NCBI GenBank assembly: GCA_004431415.1
Contig: QPMI01000050.1
Location: forward strand, 6,796-70,795
Source: Cyanophora paradoxa CCMP329
Taxonomy: Eukaryota > Plantae > Glaucophyta
Direction: 5' to 3'
DNA length: 64,000 bases
The position numbers and the translations under genes were made by a program. Every line of letters begins with the position of its first letter. Within the stretch, counting starts at the first letter, position 1. Of this stretch, positions 59,554-64,000 are shown one piece after another. The notes beneath the pieces were generated by a model, which was not told the DNA's origin, searched no databases, and saw nothing but the letters and a program-made list of their open reading frames with translations.

Positions 59554-59786
59554 GCCCGCACCCCCCAAGACCCCCCAGGCTCCTCTTCAGAATCTAGTCC
59601 AAGGCTAGCTAGCGTTTGCTCAAGAGATACGACCTCGCTCGCGCTCGCTCGACTCGGCCAAGAAGTAGGGGGGGGGGGGGGGGGGGGGGGGGGTAAGCAG
59701 AAGCAGTGGTGCACATGTTCGCGGCCGATTCACGTGCACGCCATAGCTGTATGTGCTGTGTGGACGGCTCCCGATAGTTGTAGCAG

Positions 59787-61845
59787 ATGGCGCAAGGGGG
59801 CGGCTTCGTGGCTCCGCTCACGCTGCCCCGATCGCTTTGGCGTTCGGCGTTCTGGAGCGGCACGGTGCGCTTGCACGTGCGCGCTGCGCTCGGTGCCATA
59901 GCTTCTAAACAACGCACGGCGCGTGCTGGCTTAGCTGGATCTAGCCGCACCACACAGAGCAGATCGGCATGCACGTAATGCGCAAGCTTCAAACATAGCT
60001 GCAGACCAATCTAACGATCCCTCGCGCGCAGGAGCTGAGGAGCTTGAGAGCGCGCTCTGGACGATCCAGCCGATTCGGTCAAGAGCGGCCTTCGCCGCAT
60101 GCGCCGGAGTTCGAATTACAGTGCAGGCTGAGGAACCCTTTCAGGGGCAGAGTGCGAATACCTCTGAGTTCTAAACCATCATCCAGCAACGGGGGCGCGT
60201 GCCCTGACCGGCAACGAGGAGATTTCTTCGCCTTCCCACCGCCGACTCCACCGCCTGAGCCTGCGTCGCGCCCCGAGTCTCCTGATCTAGTGAATCCCGA
60301 GCGGAGCCCGACACCACCGCCGGCGTGGGACGCTGTCAGTGAGGACGAAGATGGCTCCGCGGGCTGGGACCTTCTTTCTCTTGCTCGTGTCGACAACGTA
60401 ACTCTAAGCAATGCCGAGGACGTGCTCGATATCCAACGATGGACCTCAGACTCTTGGATACGGGCCATCATAACAATACCGAACAGCAGAGTCCTCAGAG
60501 CCGTTTCGCTGCCGGTGGCAGCGGTGACTTGTGTGAACCTCGGTCTTGTATTTATCGGTAAGACCTACTTCCTGCTGCTTGGGTCTCTCTTGCTCTGAGA
60601 ACTTCTTGCTAGATAAGTTCGTCAAGCCGATGCCTACTCTATCAGCAACACCACACTTCATGCTGTCGACAGGTCAGCTTGTTTGGTCTTGGATCTGTGC
60701 CTTTCTGAAGATTACGTAGCATTGGGCATGCTCCTCGTTCTGCGAACGGATGTGGCGTACGAGAACTTCAGCTCTGCACGCAAGTGCTGGGGAAAGATCA
60801 TCAGCGAGATTCGTGATTTCTCCAGGGTGGTATGATTTCGAGTGCCTCGTGCCTTTCTTTAATGGACTAATCCCTCTCTGACCTCTCCCCTCAGTGCTTG
60901 AACGTGGTGAGCAGGAGTGACGATCCCGAAGCACCTTTTGTTGTTGGAAATATGTGGGCATCCACTTTCATGTTGTTGGCTTGGACACATATGGCTGATC
61001 CTGCCCTCAGGCTTCTGTACTTGTATGCATATACGATAGCTCTCAAGAACCACTTACGAAGGAATCGTAAGCTTGATGAGCTGCGTGGCCTCCTCCCTGC
61101 TGAAGATATTCAGAGGTAAATATAGTTGCTTCTTGTGCTGCGCAGCACAAGAAGCAACTGTAATCATGCGGTTTGTGCAGGATCGAGGAAAGTCGGCACA
61201 TGTCGATGTACTGCTGCAAACGACTTTCGTTGCTAATCGGAGAGTGTGAGAAGCTGCACGTCTCGCATTGGCGCCTCCAGAAACTGGATGACATTGTGGC
61301 GAAACTAGTGGAGGCAATTGGTGAAAACGAGCGCATCGTAAAGGTTTGCAACATTTGTGATTGTACTCAATTGCACTCACATTGACTGCTCTTTCAGACA
61401 CCCACGCCTCTTTCATATCGAAGGCACACAAGTAGATTCGTTGTTCTCTGGATGTTGACATTGCCCTTTGTGATTGTTCATGAATACGGTTCGACCTTTT
61501 GCTTTCTCCGACTCCTCTTTGATGCATGGCGCTTGCTCATCTTGCTCAATGCAGGCTGGTTTAGCCCCCTTGTGAGCTTCGCGATTGCATACTCGCTCCT
61601 TGGCATCGATGCAATCGGAGATGAGATCGAGGTCAGTGATCGTCTGCATACTTCTCTGTCACAGTTTCCACCTCAGCTCACTGTCATTGCAGGAACCGTT
61701 TGGCCTTGACGAGAACGATCTTCCGTTGGACCAGCTCACGGAACGTGTCATAAAAGCCGACGTGCTCACCGCCCTTCAGGAAGTTGTGTCCATGGCAGGC
61801 GACTTCACGCCGACAGGGCAGCTCCGCAGCAACTTCCGCCAGTGA
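59787..61845 (+). CDS. Bestrophin-like (VCCN/YneE-type) anion channel with transit-like peptide
   Basis: ARKCWGKI…R, ENERIVK.TPTP.SY.RHT.RF…W.LTLP, LLGIDAIG.EIEEPFG.DENDLPLD. Confidence 0.88.
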
Positions 61846-62097
61846 TTTTGCCAGTAATTTGCCTTGGAGGTTGCTCCCATTTCGCAGGATCCGATAGTGC
61901 TACTTTTTTGCAGTGATGCAGGATTTGTTTTTCACAGCTACTGTACAGCAATGTGCGAGAGATGCTACAGCTGAGATTTGAAGTGTCCACGTTCAAACTT
62001 TCAATTACAGTGTGCAGGTTGCTGAGCGATGATGAGCACAAATGCTCTGCTTCGAATTCATGGTATCTAGATTTTCACATGCACTTGGTCACTATAG

Positions 62098-62765
62098 CTA
62101 CCGCTCCCCACGTTGTTCAGGAGTGAGGCCGCCTTGCTTGCACTGCAGACAGTCAAGTAAGTCATGCTCGAATGCTTTGAGTGGGAACCAAGCCTTGAAC
62201 ATCTTATATATCTCACCTCCGGGCAACCGACCTGCGCAGCCAGAAGAGTGATCATAAGCGCTAGCACATGCACAGCGTGGCAGTTTCCTTTGGCAAGAGC
62301 TGGGCACTGGCGCACGGAGCCAAAGCCTTGGCACTTCATGCACTTCCAGCGCTGCGTCAGACAGACTCTGAGATCAGACGGGGCTAGACAGCGGCCACGT
62401 GCACAGTGCTTCTGCCGCAGTGCCGCTGCCCATGCACCTCGAAGATGTTGCCTCCCTTTTTGTCCCTACCCGTGCCTTTGCAGACATCACTGTAGGACAT
62501 CATGAGCGTAGCTGGTTTGGGCTCGACACACATCGCCTGCGCTTGCAGGCTAGGCGCACCAGGCGCAGACGCCAGAGCCCTTGCAAGTGGGGCAGTCCGC
62601 GCGCGGCCCAGCCGCGGCGCCTCCCGCGCCCGCGCCCGAGTCCGCCGCGCGAAGCACCGGCGGCAGCGCGCTCCGCACCGCCTTGAAGACTCGGAAGCCG
62701 ACGTACGCGCCGGCGACGTCGAAAACCGTCGGCTGAGGGAGCGATCCGTCGCGCTGCATGGCCAT
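62098..62765 (-). CDS. DnaJ-type (CxxCxGxG) zinc-finger protein, multi-exon
   Basis: CPTCKGSG, CKGTG, CMGSG, CQGFG repeats; ends …CKQGGLTPEQRGER*. Confidence 0.7.
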
Positions 62766-62851
62766 GGCTGACAAGCTTAAGCTGCCCGGGACCAGAGCTG
62801 GACACGGCAAAAAGCTTAAGGAGCCCCGGGCAGGGCAGAGGCGGGCAAAAG

Positions 62852-62922
62852 TGCGCCTGCCGGGACTCGAACCCGGGTCTCTTCGATGGCAACGAAGTAT
62901 TCTACCCCTAGACCACAAGCGC
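62852..62922 (-). tRNA. tRNA-Gly(GCC)
   Basis: GCGCTTG…CAGGCGC-A acceptor stem, anticodon arm CTTCG-TTGCCAT-CGAAG, T arm CCGGG-TTCGAGT-CCCGG, followed by TTTT. Confidence 0.96.
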
Positions 62923-64000
62923 TGGATGATAACTCGAAACTCCTGCCCGGGCTGGACCCGACTGCGCCGGGGGTACGGCGGGCTACGAGGCTCGCCGTTC
63001 CAGCCCCATGGCCACGAGCAGGATCCGAAAGCATCCGCATCCGAGCGCTAGCCGCGAGCAGGATCCAAAATTAAGCATGCATATGCCACGAGCATGGAAC
63101 GGCGAGCCTCAAGCGGCGGGGTCAAGCCTGCCAGGCTGGCCATGGAACGTTAACGAATTCGAGCATGCCATGATGCCATGAGGCTCGCGGGGGATCCCGC
63201 AGCGCTAGCTGCCCGCTAGCGCTCGAGCTCGAGCGCGCCGCGATGCCATGATGCGCGCGGCGTACGTATATATACTGCGGCACTGCGGTATGCGCATGCA
63301 TGCGTACTGCGGCATGCGCATGCATGCGCAATGCGCATCGCAGGCCTAGCCTAGTAGGATAGGCGCACATTGGGCCCCGCTATCGGAGGATAGAAACCCA
63401 AGCTTGAGATCTAGAAGGATGCCGCAATGCGCGTGCTCCCGGCCCAGACTCTGGCAGATGTTGTGATGCGGCAAGGCATTTTCAAGTTCGAAACTGAGCC
63501 ACTTCACCTCAAGCAAGGCCTTCTCAAGTTCGAAGGTGAGCCACTGGACCTCAATTCGAATGTGGACGCCTGATCATGACTGTCGTAAACTAACCTTTTC
63601 AGCTACACTTTAGAAACTCGCACTGTACTACTAGCTATCGTCAGGGCGTGCCACTCTCAAACAATTTGCAGGGGAGGCGCAGTCGACATCGGTACAGAAT
63701 GAACTTGTTTGCTGGCCGATAGGCCTCGGAAAAAAGTATATACACGCATTTAGTTCGGACTAATAACACCAATGTAAAGAAGGGCTCGCGAAGGCCAGAA
63801 ATAAGAATCAAGTCGATGAACGCTTTGGAAGTGCCCAGAGGGCGATTTGCTATAGCTAACTGAGGGAAAACAAGCTTGAAACGCTGCCTGCCCGTACGCC
63901 CGGCAGGCTGCGCGGCTAGAAATGCCCTACGGAAAGCGAAGCGGAAAATTGGGGGCGCGGGGGCCCCCTTGCCAAGATGGCCCTTGCCAAGATGGCCTGC

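Noticed and set aside
27486-59568. Numerous long overlapping/antisense ORFs (e.g. 52590..54821 -, 56072..58399 -, 38324..39517 +)
   Set aside because: Arg/Gly/Pro-rich shadow frames caused by very high GC and codon bias on the opposite strand of real genes.
59668-59693. Long poly-G run as a functional element
   Set aside because: Isolated homopolymer whose length is unreliable in this assembly.

Overview
Eukaryotic (protist/algal) genomic window with two sharply different halves. (1) ~1-25.5 kb is an AT-rich, intron-less endogenous Polinton/Maverick-like virus region, open at the left edge. It holds a virion module (fibre-like protein with phage tail-fibre repeats, patatin-discoidin lipase, two divergent penton/minor capsid genes, double-jelly-roll major capsid, A32-like ATPase), then a replication module (PrimPol-SF3 primase-helicase, a protein-primed PolB with degenerate proofreading motifs, rve integrase). 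A second, oppositely oriented pPolB + minimal integrase module with different CpG usage follows and ends in a repeat-rich putative terminus. The most striking non-coding signal is a GGTGTGACA-iteron palindrome present twice (9531-9633, 19243-19345): the cores are in direct orientation but the inner flanks are inverted (3+2 / 2+3 iterons), an attL/attR-like geometry bracketing the whole 9.6-kb first replication module. Also present are a tRNA-promoter-like (A-box/B-box) element at ~18.33 kb and a context-specific CpG purge (almost only TCG/CGA survive) that stops at ~18.15 kb. Viral frameshifts look like homopolymer assembly errors. (2) ~25.8-64 kb is very GC-rich host DNA with many ~45-80 nt introns: sestrin, KTI12 (with a U12 AT-AC intron), class I HDAC, cyanobacterial-type TruB, DNAJC11, SKP1-like, a SPAG17/PF6-like protein with two inserted guanylate-kinase domains, bestrophin, a DnaJ-type zinc-finger protein, tRNA-Gly(GCC) and several hypothetical genes. 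All calls are by eye; no searches were run.
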